DNA of 16,985 nucleotides, from contig JAEOTQ010000007.1 in assembly GCA_016839785.1 (NCBI GenBank), forward strand, positions 1-16,985. Reading direction: 5' to 3'. How positions within the stretch are numbered: the stretch's first letter is position 1; each line of letters starts with the position of its first letter. Positions 1 through 8,741 of the stretch are shown one piece after another. The notes beneath the pieces were generated by a model. That model was not told where the DNA came from and did no database searches. It saw nothing but the letters and a program-made list of their open reading frames with translations. The translations under genes were made by a program, and so were the position numbers. The DNA comes from Candidatus Hodarchaeota archaeon. Lineage in GTDB: Archaea; Asgardarchaeota; Heimdallarchaeia; Hodarchaeales; Hodarchaeaceae.

Positions 1-1
1 C

Positions 2-781
2 TCAAAATCTGAATATATAGGGACCTTACTCATTCCTACTCGTGATATAAACCTCCTCTACAAATACTTCAAGCAGTGGGAGGATAATAACAATTTAAAA
101 CTTCAAGAATTTGAAATAATAGAGCAATTAAGACGTAGTACCGCTTTTTCTTTATACAAACCTAATATTGGATGGCGAGACATACCTGCGAAGGAACGAC
201 AGACTATTCTGCGTCATATATCATTGGATGAAGTGGAAGAAACCCTAGAAAATAATTTACTCTTTATCAACAAGCCACTGATCCCACTAAACTGGTCTTT
301 CACTGATCATCCCCAACCAGAAGAGATCATCAGATTATTTTGTAAAATCCCCGACCAATTTTCCTTTTCTAGACTTCCATTTGATAATATAATCCAAGAA
401 AAGGATAAGCACATATCATTAGGAGAAATAGAGCAATTAAAATATTTGTACAACAAAAAAGTATTGGAGGTAGGATTTACTCCTTGGAGGTTGATATACA
501 ATTATTCCGTAAACCGTTACTGTATAAGAATACCCAAGATCACCTTCAAAAAGATTATTCATTTCTTGAAAATCCTACCGTATGCAGAAATCTACTTTTC
601 CAGACACCAGATATATTTTTGGACACGATTGCGTAATAAGGAAGTAGAATGGATAAGAAATCGTTTTAGGTGGACTATTTTTCCAGTGGTACGAGCTCAT
701 CCTATCCCTGATCTTGATTTTGACTGGTTTGAGAAGGACTGCCTTCAGTGGACTCGTTCAAAAGTTTTACAAGATACATAG
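2..781 (+). CDS. Uncharacterised large protein, 5'-truncated by the window edge; paralogue of 11386..12909
   Basis: The frame is open from nt 2 (SKSEYIGTLLIPTRDINLL...YKPNIGWRDI...), so the 224 start in the ORF track is internal. It aligns collinearly with the C-terminal half of 11386..12909 (EYIGTLLIPT/EFVGTFLVPT, GFTPWRLI/GFVPWRLI, FLKILPYA/FLEILPYA, DWF...WT). Confidence 0.85.
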   Translation, partial: SKSEYIGTLLIPTRDINLLYKYFKQWEDNNNLKLQEFEIIEQLRRSTAFSLYKPNIGWRDIPAKERQTILRHISLDEVEETLENNLLFINKPLIPLNWSFTDHPQPEEIIRLFCKIPDQFSFSRLPFDNIIQEKDKHISLGEIEQLKYLYNKKVLEVGFTPWRLIYNYSVNRYCIRIPKITFKKIIHFLKILPYAEIYFSRHQIYFWTRLRNKEVEWIRNRFRWTIFPVVRAHPIPDLDFDWFEKDCLQWTRSKVLQDT

Positions 782-797
782 ATGCAGTCGAGTACTG

Positions 798-823
798 AAA
801 AAAAAGAAAATAAAAAAAAGGGG
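798..823 (-). terminator. Oligo(T) terminator for the small peptide gene 872..910
   Basis: Minus strand reads CCCC-T8-A-T4-C-T8. The same CCCC-T7 element occurs at 12916..12926 downstream of the second peptide ORF. Confidence 0.55.
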
Positions 824-871
824 ATGGAAGGACGTTAGAATGTCAATAAATAACAAAAAGTTTATTTCCAT

Positions 872-910
872 TTATTTTCCACTATCAGGACCATCTCTTG
901 GGGGCATCAT
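872..910 (-). CDS. 12-aa micropeptide MMPPRDGPDSGK
   Basis: ATG ATG CCC CCA AGA GAT GGT CCT GAT AGT GGA AAA TAA, with GAGGT (923..919) 8 nt upstream. A homologous ORF of identical length lies at 12970..13008 in the same gene context. Confidence 0.7.
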   Translation of the reverse strand: MMPPRDGPDSGK

Positions 911-918
911 TCGATTCA

Positions 919-969
919 ACCTCAATCAATATCTTTGAAGTCGCTTTTTAGTCTCATGAAAATTAGGTA
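919..969 (-). promoter_or_regulatory. RBS, TATA-like box and upstream conserved motif for micropeptide 1
   Basis: GAGGT at 923..919, CTAAAAAG at 951..944, and plus-strand AAAATTAGGTA at 959..969. All match copy 2 in sequence and spacing. Confidence 0.5.
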
Positions 970-1139
970 GCAACAGGCCCTCTAATAGGATTCAGAAACA
1001 ATTTCATGATCATTTTTGTCAGACAAAGCACTTATTCACGCATTCACTGACCTCTCTCTTACAAACTTAGTAAATGAGAGGATAGAACTTTTGTATTGTT
1101 TAGCAATCATAATTCCTGAAATAAGACCAGGTGTATTAT

Positions 1140-1592
1140 TCAAGACTTGTTTACGGAATAAAGCATCTGATAGTGGGTATCAGTTTCATTCGTTGTGGCA
1201 AAACCAAGGGATCGATAAAGCTGAAAAGCTCTTTGATTGACCTTGAGCACTTGTAATTCAATATTCTTACCTTCCTGTTCTCCTTGCTTAATAAGATCTC
1301 TAATTAATCTGCTACCAACTCCTTGATTTTGAAAAGCAGGAAGGATTTCGATCACACTTAGAAATAGCTTGTCGGGGTGAATCTCAACCGCAAAACAACC
1401 AATATCCTCACCAGATGCTTGAATTATTGTATAGACCTCAGGATTAACGCTATGTCGATGACGGTCATACTGGAAATCTTCATCCCAGCCCCAGATTTGC
1501 GCTACATATTCTTTCAGCGTTTGTGTTTTTAGATAAAATAGAAACTCTAAATCCTCCTGTTTTCCATCCCGGAAGCTAATCTTCACTGCCAT
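1140..1592 (-). CDS. GNAT family N-acetyltransferase
   Basis: 150 aa with acetyl-CoA motif A (ILPAFQNQGVGSRLI) and motif B (LQVLKVNQRAFQLYRSLGF). Confidence 0.92.
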   Translation of the reverse strand: MAVKISFRDGKQEDLEFLFYLKTQTLKEYVAQIWGWDEDFQYDRHRHSVNPEVYTIIQASGEDIGCFAVEIHPDKLFLSVIEILPAFQNQGVGSRLIRDLIKQGEQEGKNIELQVLKVNQRAFQLYRSLGFATTNETDTHYQMLYSVNKS

Positions 1593-1739
1593 AGGAATTA
1601 AGCTTCACTTCCCTGTTTAGAGTTTGTGCAACTCTACTAGCACAAAACCAGATAGATCGCTTAACAATTTATGAAATAACCAAAATTGAACATTGCTGAA
1701 AATATTTAGAAAATTGTATCCGTTTTTAAATTCGAGTTA

Positions 1740-1776
1740 GAAAAAGAGAAGAAAATAACGACTTAGAGTCGTTATT
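1740..1776 (-). terminator. Stem-loop plus T-rich tract terminator of the 758-aa surface protein gene
   Basis: Perfect 10-bp inverted repeat AATAACGACT-tag-AGTCGTTATT (1754..1776) directly after the stop codon, followed on the minus strand by TTCTTCTCTTTTT. Confidence 0.7.
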
Positions 1777-1778
1777 CC

Positions 1779-4055
1779 TTATTGCCGTCGTTTCTTCAGA
1801 CCGAATGAGGCTACTACCAAAATTACAATTGGTACTATGAAAGAGAACCCAGGAACTCCACCTTCACTTTCATCAGTGGTCGATTCTTCATGCGATCCAG
1901 TTCCTTCGTAAGAGGCTGTAAAGACTGGATCGTGAACAATTCCTTCTCCATTCCATGTTGGGTAACTTGTTATTACCAAGTTCTCACGGAAAAGCCAAGA
2001 AATATCTTGAGTATGAGTATCGGCTGACCATTGCGTAAGTCCAGCGGCTATCCGTCTGGATATTGGAGAAGAATATGGGTTTCGAGCTGTCTGGTTTGTA
2101 GGCTCTCCTGAAAATCCTTCGGCGGTAAGAAGATTCATCACCGATGTACCTGAACTATAAGTCGTACTGGGGTCATTAACCAGATAATACTGTTCCTTGG
2201 TACCTCCAAAATTCTGAGAAAAGAGATCTTGTCCTGCTACAGTCAGATCAAATTGTGACTCTGGGCGTGCGAATGATCCAGAAGCATCTTGGGATATCTG
2301 AGTTATACTAAGATAATAATCCCTACGATAAGCAGCCATGCTCAGTTCTTGAGAACTCATCATTTCTTTTAATTGGGGATTCTGAACTCCCGACTGCTGA
2401 TACGTACTTTCTAAGGTTGAAAGTCCAGCCTCAGGGGCAATAGTTAAAGAGTATCCATAGGTAATATCAGTAAGATCATGACTCACTCGTTCCAAGGATG
2501 AGTTTCTAGCCCACCAGGTTATTGGCATATCATCATAAGTGGTTTCCCACGAAAAAATAGCTTTGCCATTCTCTTTGACTGGTGCATTCCAATTAAGACT
2601 CACACTCTTAGGGCCAGCTTCAGGTCGACGAGGGTCATAACCCCAAGTTTCTTCGAACGGCCGATCAATAGAACGTACAATATCAGTTTCATTATCAGCA
2701 ATTATCCAATCACCGAGGGAAGTATAGACACGTGCGTTTGCAACCCCATTTCCGTAATAAGAACCTTCAATATGAGCTCCTTCAGGAATTCCAACCGCCA
2801 TAATGGCGTCTGGGGTAGCAATATAGGATTCATTGAGATAAGCAGTTAATATCTCGTCTCCATTGACATCTCGATATCCGATCACCCGTCCAGGATTGAA
2901 ATTTCCCCACACAGCAAGATTGGGAGATGTTTCGGTTGAAGCTTTCGTTAGGAGAACTTGGATCATGCTTTGAATTGCACCTTCACCATAAAGAACTCCT
3001 GATTCCTCTTCATAAAAGTCCCAGAAACCAGCTAAAACTAACCGCAATGACTGAAGATGAATAGGTCTGATAGATTCTGGAACCACACTACCATTGCTTG
3101 AAAACGTTACCTCGCGAGTAACATTGGTTGACAATGAACCATCTAAAGTAAAGCCTGCAGTGTAATCGTATTCCACATTCCCAGAAATTAATGCAAAATA
3201 ATCATACCAATAATTCCTTCCATCTTTTATCGAAACATGTTGCCCATGTAAGTTCTCGGTCCATGAACCAGAGAAATTAAATTGACCAGAGAGAGAAGCG
3301 GCTACAGTACTGGTTTCAGTAACTTCAACTGACATTTGGGTTGTTTTTACTCTGATAAATACAAATTTTGGAATAAGAATTTCCTGAAAGACGACTTCAT
3401 CATCATTAAAATCGAGGGAAGTCCCATTATCAAAGACGTATGCAATATGGTACATCTGAAGGGTCGAATAATCATATGCAGTACCAAACCAGTCTTGCAT
3501 TGGGACATCAACAGTCCCCACTTCGGTTAAAATGGCATAAGATGTTAACCATGTCGGGCTTATCCATTTTTCTGCAAGACCGATATCAATTTGACGACCA
3601 AACCAGGATATATTCAAGGACTGAGAGAATGTGTTCCAATTTAATTCCGTAATTCCATGATAACGATACCATGCACCACCAACATCTGTTCCGTTGGTTA
3701 AATATCCATCAGCACGATATCCTCGCCAATTCTGAGGCGTACCCGGTCGTTCCCAGGTTGAGCTTGGCATACTTTTTGAACGATTAGTCCACCGCTGCCA
3801 AAAAACATCTATCACCTCTAATCCAGTTCGGATTGGAGCTTGGATCGTGAATTCTCGTGTCTTAGTATTTGATTCAGATTCAGAAAAAGACTGAGAATAT
3901 GCGACCGTTTTTGTGAAATTCCTCGTTTGCTCTCCATATTCAAAATCAAATCCATAGAAGGAACCAGAGGTCTGAGACGCGACAGGAGCTAAGGACTGAG
4001 AGAAAAAAGTGAGCGAAAGGAGGAATGTTATCAATATGAAGTATTTTCGATTCAT
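1779..4055 (-). CDS. Secreted cell-surface glycoprotein with PGF-CTERM-like sorting signal
   Basis: Signal peptide (MNRKYFILITFLLSLTFFSQSLA), many N-x-S/T sequons, beta-rich body, acidic S/T linker, then VPGF + hydrophobic helix + KKRRQ. Confidence 0.85.
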   Translation of the reverse strand: MNRKYFILITFLLSLTFFSQSLAPVASQTSGSFYGFDFEYGEQTRNFTKTVAYSQSFSESESNTKTREFTIQAPIRTGLEVIDVFWQRWTNRSKSMPSSTWERPGTPQNWRGYRADGYLTNGTDVGGAWYRYHGITELNWNTFSQSLNISWFGRQIDIGLAEKWISPTWLTSYAILTEVGTVDVPMQDWFGTAYDYSTLQMYHIAYVFDNGTSLDFNDDEVVFQEILIPKFVFIRVKTTQMSVEVTETSTVAASLSGQFNFSGSWTENLHGQHVSIKDGRNYWYDYFALISGNVEYDYTAGFTLDGSLSTNVTREVTFSSNGSVVPESIRPIHLQSLRLVLAGFWDFYEEESGVLYGEGAIQSMIQVLLTKASTETSPNLAVWGNFNPGRVIGYRDVNGDEILTAYLNESYIATPDAIMAVGIPEGAHIEGSYYGNGVANARVYTSLGDWIIADNETDIVRSIDRPFEETWGYDPRRPEAGPKSVSLNWNAPVKENGKAIFSWETTYDDMPITWWARNSSLERVSHDLTDITYGYSLTIAPEAGLSTLESTYQQSGVQNPQLKEMMSSQELSMAAYRRDYYLSITQISQDASGSFARPESQFDLTVAGQDLFSQNFGGTKEQYYLVNDPSTTYSSGTSVMNLLTAEGFSGEPTNQTARNPYSSPISRRIAAGLTQWSADTHTQDISWLFRENLVITSYPTWNGEGIVHDPVFTASYEGTGSHEESTTDESEGGVPGFSFIVPIVILVVASFGLKKRRQ

Positions 4056-4250
4056 ATCACATCATTCCAGGTTAATTTTTAACTTTTGAGAGAATCCATG
4101 ATCTCTAATCCTTTTCAAGATCAGAGAAAATTATGGATCTAGATGAGTAATTAACGTTTAAGGTTTATAAGATGAATCAAAAGGGATGCTAATGTATTGA
4201 TGTGTTAATTTCTTCATCAATCGATTTTTCTTCCCTCACTTTCTGGAATA

Positions 4251-5336
4251 CTAATCTCTTTGGAATTTATAACTTATTCCAAGGCCAGATGCACTTGGGA
4301 TTTGGAGGGCTCCTTGTTTTTGGTAAAGTCCCGAAGTCGGATCATCCTGTAATGCTCCAAGGCCAATACCTTGAGGATGTTTAAAATTGGGGGATGATAA
4401 AGCAATATGGAGAGCAGCTGCTACTCCAATTTGTGTTTCCCAAGGACTAATTAAGACACATTCAATGTCATTACACTCAGCTAGAGTTGCAATCTTGGTG
4501 GTTTTAAATATCCCACCATGTTTAATAAGTTTTAGACCAAAAAGATCTGCAGCACGACTTTGAATGAGTTTAACGGCATCAACTATTGTACAAATACTCT
4601 CATCAACCATAATTGGGATATCAACTGATTTTCTGAGAAAATTTAGTCCGTCGTAATCCCATGCTGCAATGGGTTGCTCCACATACTCGATATCCCAACG
4701 TTCAATCTTCTTGAGGACTTTTACTGCAGTATTTAAGGAATAGCCCTCATTGGCATCAATTCTAATATTAAAATCGTCACCCACAATATCTCTAACAGTT
4801 TTTACCGTTTCTATATCCTTTTGAATGTCAACTCCCACTTTGAGCTTGACAGCTTTAATACCAAACTTGAGGAACTGTTCTGCTTTTTGTGCTAAAACTA
4901 AAGGCTCTCCCATACCGAGAGCTTCACAAGTATCTACTTTTGTACGACAGAGACCACCAAGAAGTTTGTATACAGGAACATCTAACGTCTTACCGACTAA
5001 ATCATAGAGAGCCATGTCTATAGCTGCTTTGGCAGAATTGTTCGCGGGAAATTGACGATCTAATTCCTGATGTAAGGCCTCTAGATTGAATGGATCTTTA
5101 TTAAGTAGAATATGAGCATAATACTTGTCTATCATCAACTTTATTGTATCAGAAGTTTCTCCAGAAAAATCTGGAAGAGGACAGCTTTCCCCAATCCCTG
5201 AAAACCCATCATTACTCGTGATTCTAACTATCACATGAGTCTTAATCGAGGGTTCGGTTCCATATGTTGTAATGAAATTTTCATCCGTTAGTTTCGTGGC
5301 TAGATATTCTGTTTCAATTTCTACTATTTTTGACAC
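4251..5336 (-). CDS. Enolase-superfamily enzyme, muconate-lactonizing/dipeptide epimerase subgroup
   Basis: KLKVG (KxK), metal ligands in DANEG, EQP and DES, second Lys in LKLIKHGG, and AAIDMALYDL in the capping domain. Strong RBS AGGAGG before the GTG start. Confidence 0.9.
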   Translation of the reverse strand: MSKIVEIETEYLATKLTDENFITTYGTEPSIKTHVIVRITSNDGFSGIGESCPLPDFSGETSDTIKLMIDKYYAHILLNKDPFNLEALHQELDRQFPANNSAKAAIDMALYDLVGKTLDVPVYKLLGGLCRTKVDTCEALGMGEPLVLAQKAEQFLKFGIKAVKLKVGVDIQKDIETVKTVRDIVGDDFNIRIDANEGYSLNTAVKVLKKIERWDIEYVEQPIAAWDYDGLNFLRKSVDIPIMVDESICTIVDAVKLIQSRAADLFGLKLIKHGGIFKTTKIATLAECNDIECVLISPWETQIGVAAALHIALSSPNFKHPQGIGLGALQDDPTSGLYQKQGALQIPSASGLGISYKFQRD

Positions 5337-5407
5337 ATATTTATCCTCCTATTGGTGAATTCCGCAAAACTAAGTAAAAGGAGAGTTTCCACTAAGAATT
5401 CGTTATC

Positions 5408-6496
5408 TCACTGTTGGCGTTGTTCAATGATAATTTGATCAGGTGCAGCTTGATTTCTAACCTCTTGAATTTGCTCATCAAATCGAATAGCTCTCTGGCT
5501 TCTAAGTCGGGTTTTTTTGCCTTTGAAAAGATCAATTTGCCTTTTTGTTGCATAAAAATGTACAGGCTGTTGGTTATATTGAATAGTTATACCTTGCCAT
5601 TTATCATGGGAGAGTTGGTACAATTTTCCACTACCCGTGGTAGGTTTTTCCTCAAGTTCTATTTTAGAAAACTCATTAGTCAAAATTTCACCAATTTTGC
5701 TTTCAGGATGACTTGAAATCTTAACATCCTTTAAGAATACATGATCCGAAAGAAATCCTTTGAGAACTGATTCACTAAACTGAGTCCAAAGTGAATTGGT
5801 TCCATAAAACTCTAATCCTAAAATTTTATCGCCGTAAAAACAGATGATTCCAGTCTGATCAGAAAGATTCAGACTTGTGGAGAAGTGTTGAAATAAGTCT
5901 TGAAAATGATGGTCTTTCTCGTAGGCAGCTTCTTGGAATTCACGATACGAACTGGAGGGTGATTCAGCTGCTCCATATCCAAGAGAACTAGCATAATATC
6001 CTACACTATTCCAGAGAACTGATTGATCTCCATCTTCCGAAGAGATGTTTGCCATTTGAGGAGCCATTCGTGTAACACCAGAACTAAATCTTTTCGAGGT
6101 AGCGACTCCACGAGAACTTCGATAGGTCCATCTACTTTGTTCGATGCAGCGTGCAGGAATTATAAGAGGATTGCGTTCATCATGACCAGTAGGGACAATA
6201 ATAGGTTCGAAAATAGTTCTATCCTGTTTTCCTCCTACAACCTGATGGAGATAAGGGATTAAAACAGGATACGGACTTTTATTGATTGCTTCTAGATGTG
6301 CTACACTTTCTGCCCCTTCCGATTCTTGAATCCAGGCTAAATCCTTGGCTTCTCCCTCAACTAACCCTAAGATTGAGAGATTAGAGTCTGATTTAACGAT
6401 AGGATAAACTGTAAAATTCTCATGAGTAATAGCGTCCCCAAAAGTATAAAAATTACCTAGATTTTGAATGATTTCTGTAATACTCAATAAATTCAA
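5408..6496 (-). CDS. ARPP-1 / DUF6569-like domain protein
   Basis: Motifs V..LEAINKS..PVLI, GGKQDR, CIEQSRW and QSVLWNSV resemble the family pattern GGKQ(N/D)R...CVExxRW. Recognised from memory, not by HMM search. Confidence 0.65.
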   Translation of the reverse strand: MNLLSITEIIQNLGNFYTFGDAITHENFTVYPIVKSDSNLSILGLVEGEAKDLAWIQESEGAESVAHLEAINKSPYPVLIPYLHQVVGGKQDRTIFEPIIVPTGHDERNPLIIPARCIEQSRWTYRSSRGVATSKRFSSGVTRMAPQMANISSEDGDQSVLWNSVGYYASSLGYGAAESPSSSYREFQEAAYEKDHHFQDLFQHFSTSLNLSDQTGIICFYGDKILGLEFYGTNSLWTQFSESVLKGFLSDHVFLKDVKISSHPESKIGEILTNEFSKIELEEKPTTGSGKLYQLSHDKWQGITIQYNQQPVHFYATKRQIDLFKGKKTRLRSQRAIRFDEQIQEVRNQAAPDQIIIEQRQQ

Positions 6497-6844
6497 CTCG
6501 TTTGATCAATTAAGTCATTAAAGTTCTTCTAATTTTATTTAATGATTAATGTCAAGTATTTTACTGATCCCTATCTTGTAAGATCAAGTCTCCTACTCAA
6601 CCTAGATGTGAATGATTTCCTCACTTATAAGAATTTAAGTAATGGACTGCGATTCTCAACAAGGTAAGAGGCATCAGGTAAGAATTATTTGAAAATATTG
6701 AATTCCGCAATAATATATCTATTAAAAGTGAGAATCCCCATTAAAACAAAGATATGGAAAGTGAACACATTAATAGAGAAAATTATCATTTAGACATTAG
6801 AAAGCCTGTATTTACCTAAAAATTCTTTAGAAGGTTATAACAGA

Positions 6845-7363
6845 GTGGTACAAATAGTTATACCTGATATACTGAACTCAAGAAATATTTGTGCCATTTG
6901 TAGAAGAGAAGTGCATGAAGAGGGGAATTTGATTATCTGTCCTTTCTGTATCTCAGCATATCATCGGAAGCATCTCGCAGAGTGGGTGGAAAGAAAAAAT
7001 TCGTGTCCAGTGTGCAAGAAAGGGCTCAAGGAATATAATCTCGGGATACCTCTCGAGAAGATAAGGCCTAAACCAACACAGAGATCACCATATAGGAAAT
7101 CCCATATTATTTCTCAAGAGAACAGACACAACTATGCTAGATCGGATATTACTAGTCGATCACGGCAAAATAGTAATTTTCACAGGATAAACAGTGAGAA
7201 TCATGACCACACAAAAGAATTAAAACTGATAGCTGCTTTGGTCATATTTTGGTTAATGATATTTAGTACAAATGTCACTCTTGCCCTGGTGGGTTCTATA
7301 GTAATTGTTCCTCTAATATTTTACTTTTTCAATAGATGGTATAATTCTTATCATCTATTGTGA
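6845..7363 (+). CDS. RING-finger protein with C-terminal transmembrane hairpin (putative E3 ligase)
   Basis: CAIC-x12-CPFC-x3-YHRKHLAEW-x6-CPVC zinc-ligand pattern, a basic disordered linker, and two hydrophobic segments (LIAALVIFWLMIF; LALVGSIVIVPLIFYFF). Confidence 0.8.
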   Translation: MVQIVIPDILNSRNICAICRREVHEEGNLIICPFCISAYHRKHLAEWVERKNSCPVCKKGLKEYNLGIPLEKIRPKPTQRSPYRKSHIISQENRHNYARSDITSRSRQNSNFHRINSENHDHTKELKLIAALVIFWLMIFSTNVTLALVGSIVIVPLIFYFFNRWYNSYHLL

Positions 7364-7454
7364 GTCACGAAGAGACCCAAATTAGAGTTAATTCTTGCCT
7401 CAAGAGATAAGTATTAAAAAAAAGGTTGAGAGGTATTCTCAGTAATCCAGCTGA

Positions 7455-8636
7455 ATGAGTGCAGAAGTGAGAGAAGTGGTAAAATTTCCTTTTGGTTTTT
7501 TTCTTATCATATACTTAGTTACAATAAATGGCTATGTGATACACGGCACTAATATGAAAACAACTCAAGGTGACGAGTGGTACTTTACAGAACTAGCAAG
7601 GTTGAGCACAGGAGGGGATGCTTATACGATCAAAGTCGAAAATGACTATTGTTACATTAGTTGTGGGTACAGTGGATTTAGAATCTTCGATATTAGCAAT
7701 CTTTCAGCTCCATACCAAGTAGCACACATTCCTCAAACAACCAACGGATATGCTCATCAATTCATCCTCCACGAAAACATTGCGTTTATAGGGAATGGTT
7801 ATGGAGGGATCTGGATAATAAACTGTACCAATCCAGAGGAACCAAACATAATTACAGAGTATGAGCATGATTATTCCTGGGATGTACAGCTGAAGGAAGA
7901 CATGATGTATGCTGGAAATGGGCACATCCAACCCCAGGAGAGTGTTACAGTCACTAACGTGAGTGATATAACTAAGCCAATTCATATGAAGACTATCTTA
8001 ACAGATGATGATATTACTGATTTGCAACGAATAGATCATAGATTATATGCAGCCAGTTCAACAGATGGATTGTTAATATTTGATATTACGAGTAGTACAG
8101 ACCCCATATATTTAGGTAAATATGTAGACGCTCAGCATCCTGACATCTACTTAGTGAGCTTTGATGTTGTAGAAGAGTATGCATTTGTAGTGTATTATCA
8201 ATACGGAATGCAAATTTTGAATATTAGTGATGCCACAAATATCACTCTTGTCACAGAATTAGTGAATGAAAACACAGATTACTATTCTATCCATGTGAGG
8301 AACGATATAGCTTACATATCGGATATAAACAATGGAATACTCTTAATTAATGTGAGTAGCAGCACCGATCCAGAAGAGATCGTCCAATATACCTATGAGA
8401 ATTGTGGGACGAATGATATTTTTGAACAAGGTGAAATTTTATTTATAGCAGATAGAAATATTGGATTATTGATTTTCAATACGACAAAGGGATTGAAAAC
8501 GTCAACAACAACAGTAATAAAGACTAACGATTCTTCTGAAATAACCACAACCACCACGACGACAACCCCTCTTTCTGAAATCTTGATCTTTCTCCTCTTT
8601 GGACTATGGTGGCTATATATTAAACGAAAGCGCTAA
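7455..8636 (+). CDS. LVIVD-repeat (beta-propeller) surface protein with Thr-rich linker and C-terminal anchor
   Basis: About 42-aa repeats such as YCYISCGYSGFRIFDISNLSAP, LYAASSTDGLLIFDITSSTDP and AYISDINNGILLINVSSSTDP. N-terminal hydrophobic stretch; ends TTTTTTTP + TM + KRKR. Confidence 0.88.
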   Translation: MSAEVREVVKFPFGFFLIIYLVTINGYVIHGTNMKTTQGDEWYFTELARLSTGGDAYTIKVENDYCYISCGYSGFRIFDISNLSAPYQVAHIPQTTNGYAHQFILHENIAFIGNGYGGIWIINCTNPEEPNIITEYEHDYSWDVQLKEDMMYAGNGHIQPQESVTVTNVSDITKPIHMKTILTDDDITDLQRIDHRLYAASSTDGLLIFDITSSTDPIYLGKYVDAQHPDIYLVSFDVVEEYAFVVYYQYGMQILNISDATNITLVTELVNENTDYYSIHVRNDIAYISDINNGILLINVSSSTDPEEIVQYTYENCGTNDIFEQGEILFIADRNIGLLIFNTTKGLKTSTTTVIKTNDSSEITTTTTTTTPLSEILIFLLFGLWWLYIKRKR

Positions 8637-8741
8637 AATACTTTCTAAATCAAGTACTCCCTTTATGATGTCTTCGGAATCCACTAAAATTTTCCCTGAT
8701 ACAACTTCCTCCAAAAAAAAGAAATAATTGGAAATATCCAA

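Noticed and set aside
119-441. Direct repeat ATAGAGCAATTAA near 119 and 428
   Set aside because: Two copies inside a CDS both encoding IEQL; not a CRISPR or regular array.
767-871. Hydrophobic minus-strand ORF after peptide 1 (MEINFLLFIDIL...) and a similar TTG ORF after peptide 2
   Set aside because: Hydrophobicity comes from the T-rich terminator sequence, and the two are not similar to each other.
714-938. 74-aa plus-strand ORF in the track
   Set aside because: It overlaps the upstream gene, runs through poly(A) terminator tracts, is antisense to the better-supported micropeptide and has no counterpart in copy 2.
1032-1081. GAGGT + Met-Arg-Glu-stop mini-ORF and CCTCTC/GAGAGG hairpin
   Set aside because: Three codons with no second copy; consistent with chance or a 3' structure of the GNAT transcript.
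8536-8570. ACN triplet runs (also near 8850-8870)
   Set aside because: These encode Thr-rich linkers of surface proteins and are not independent repeats.
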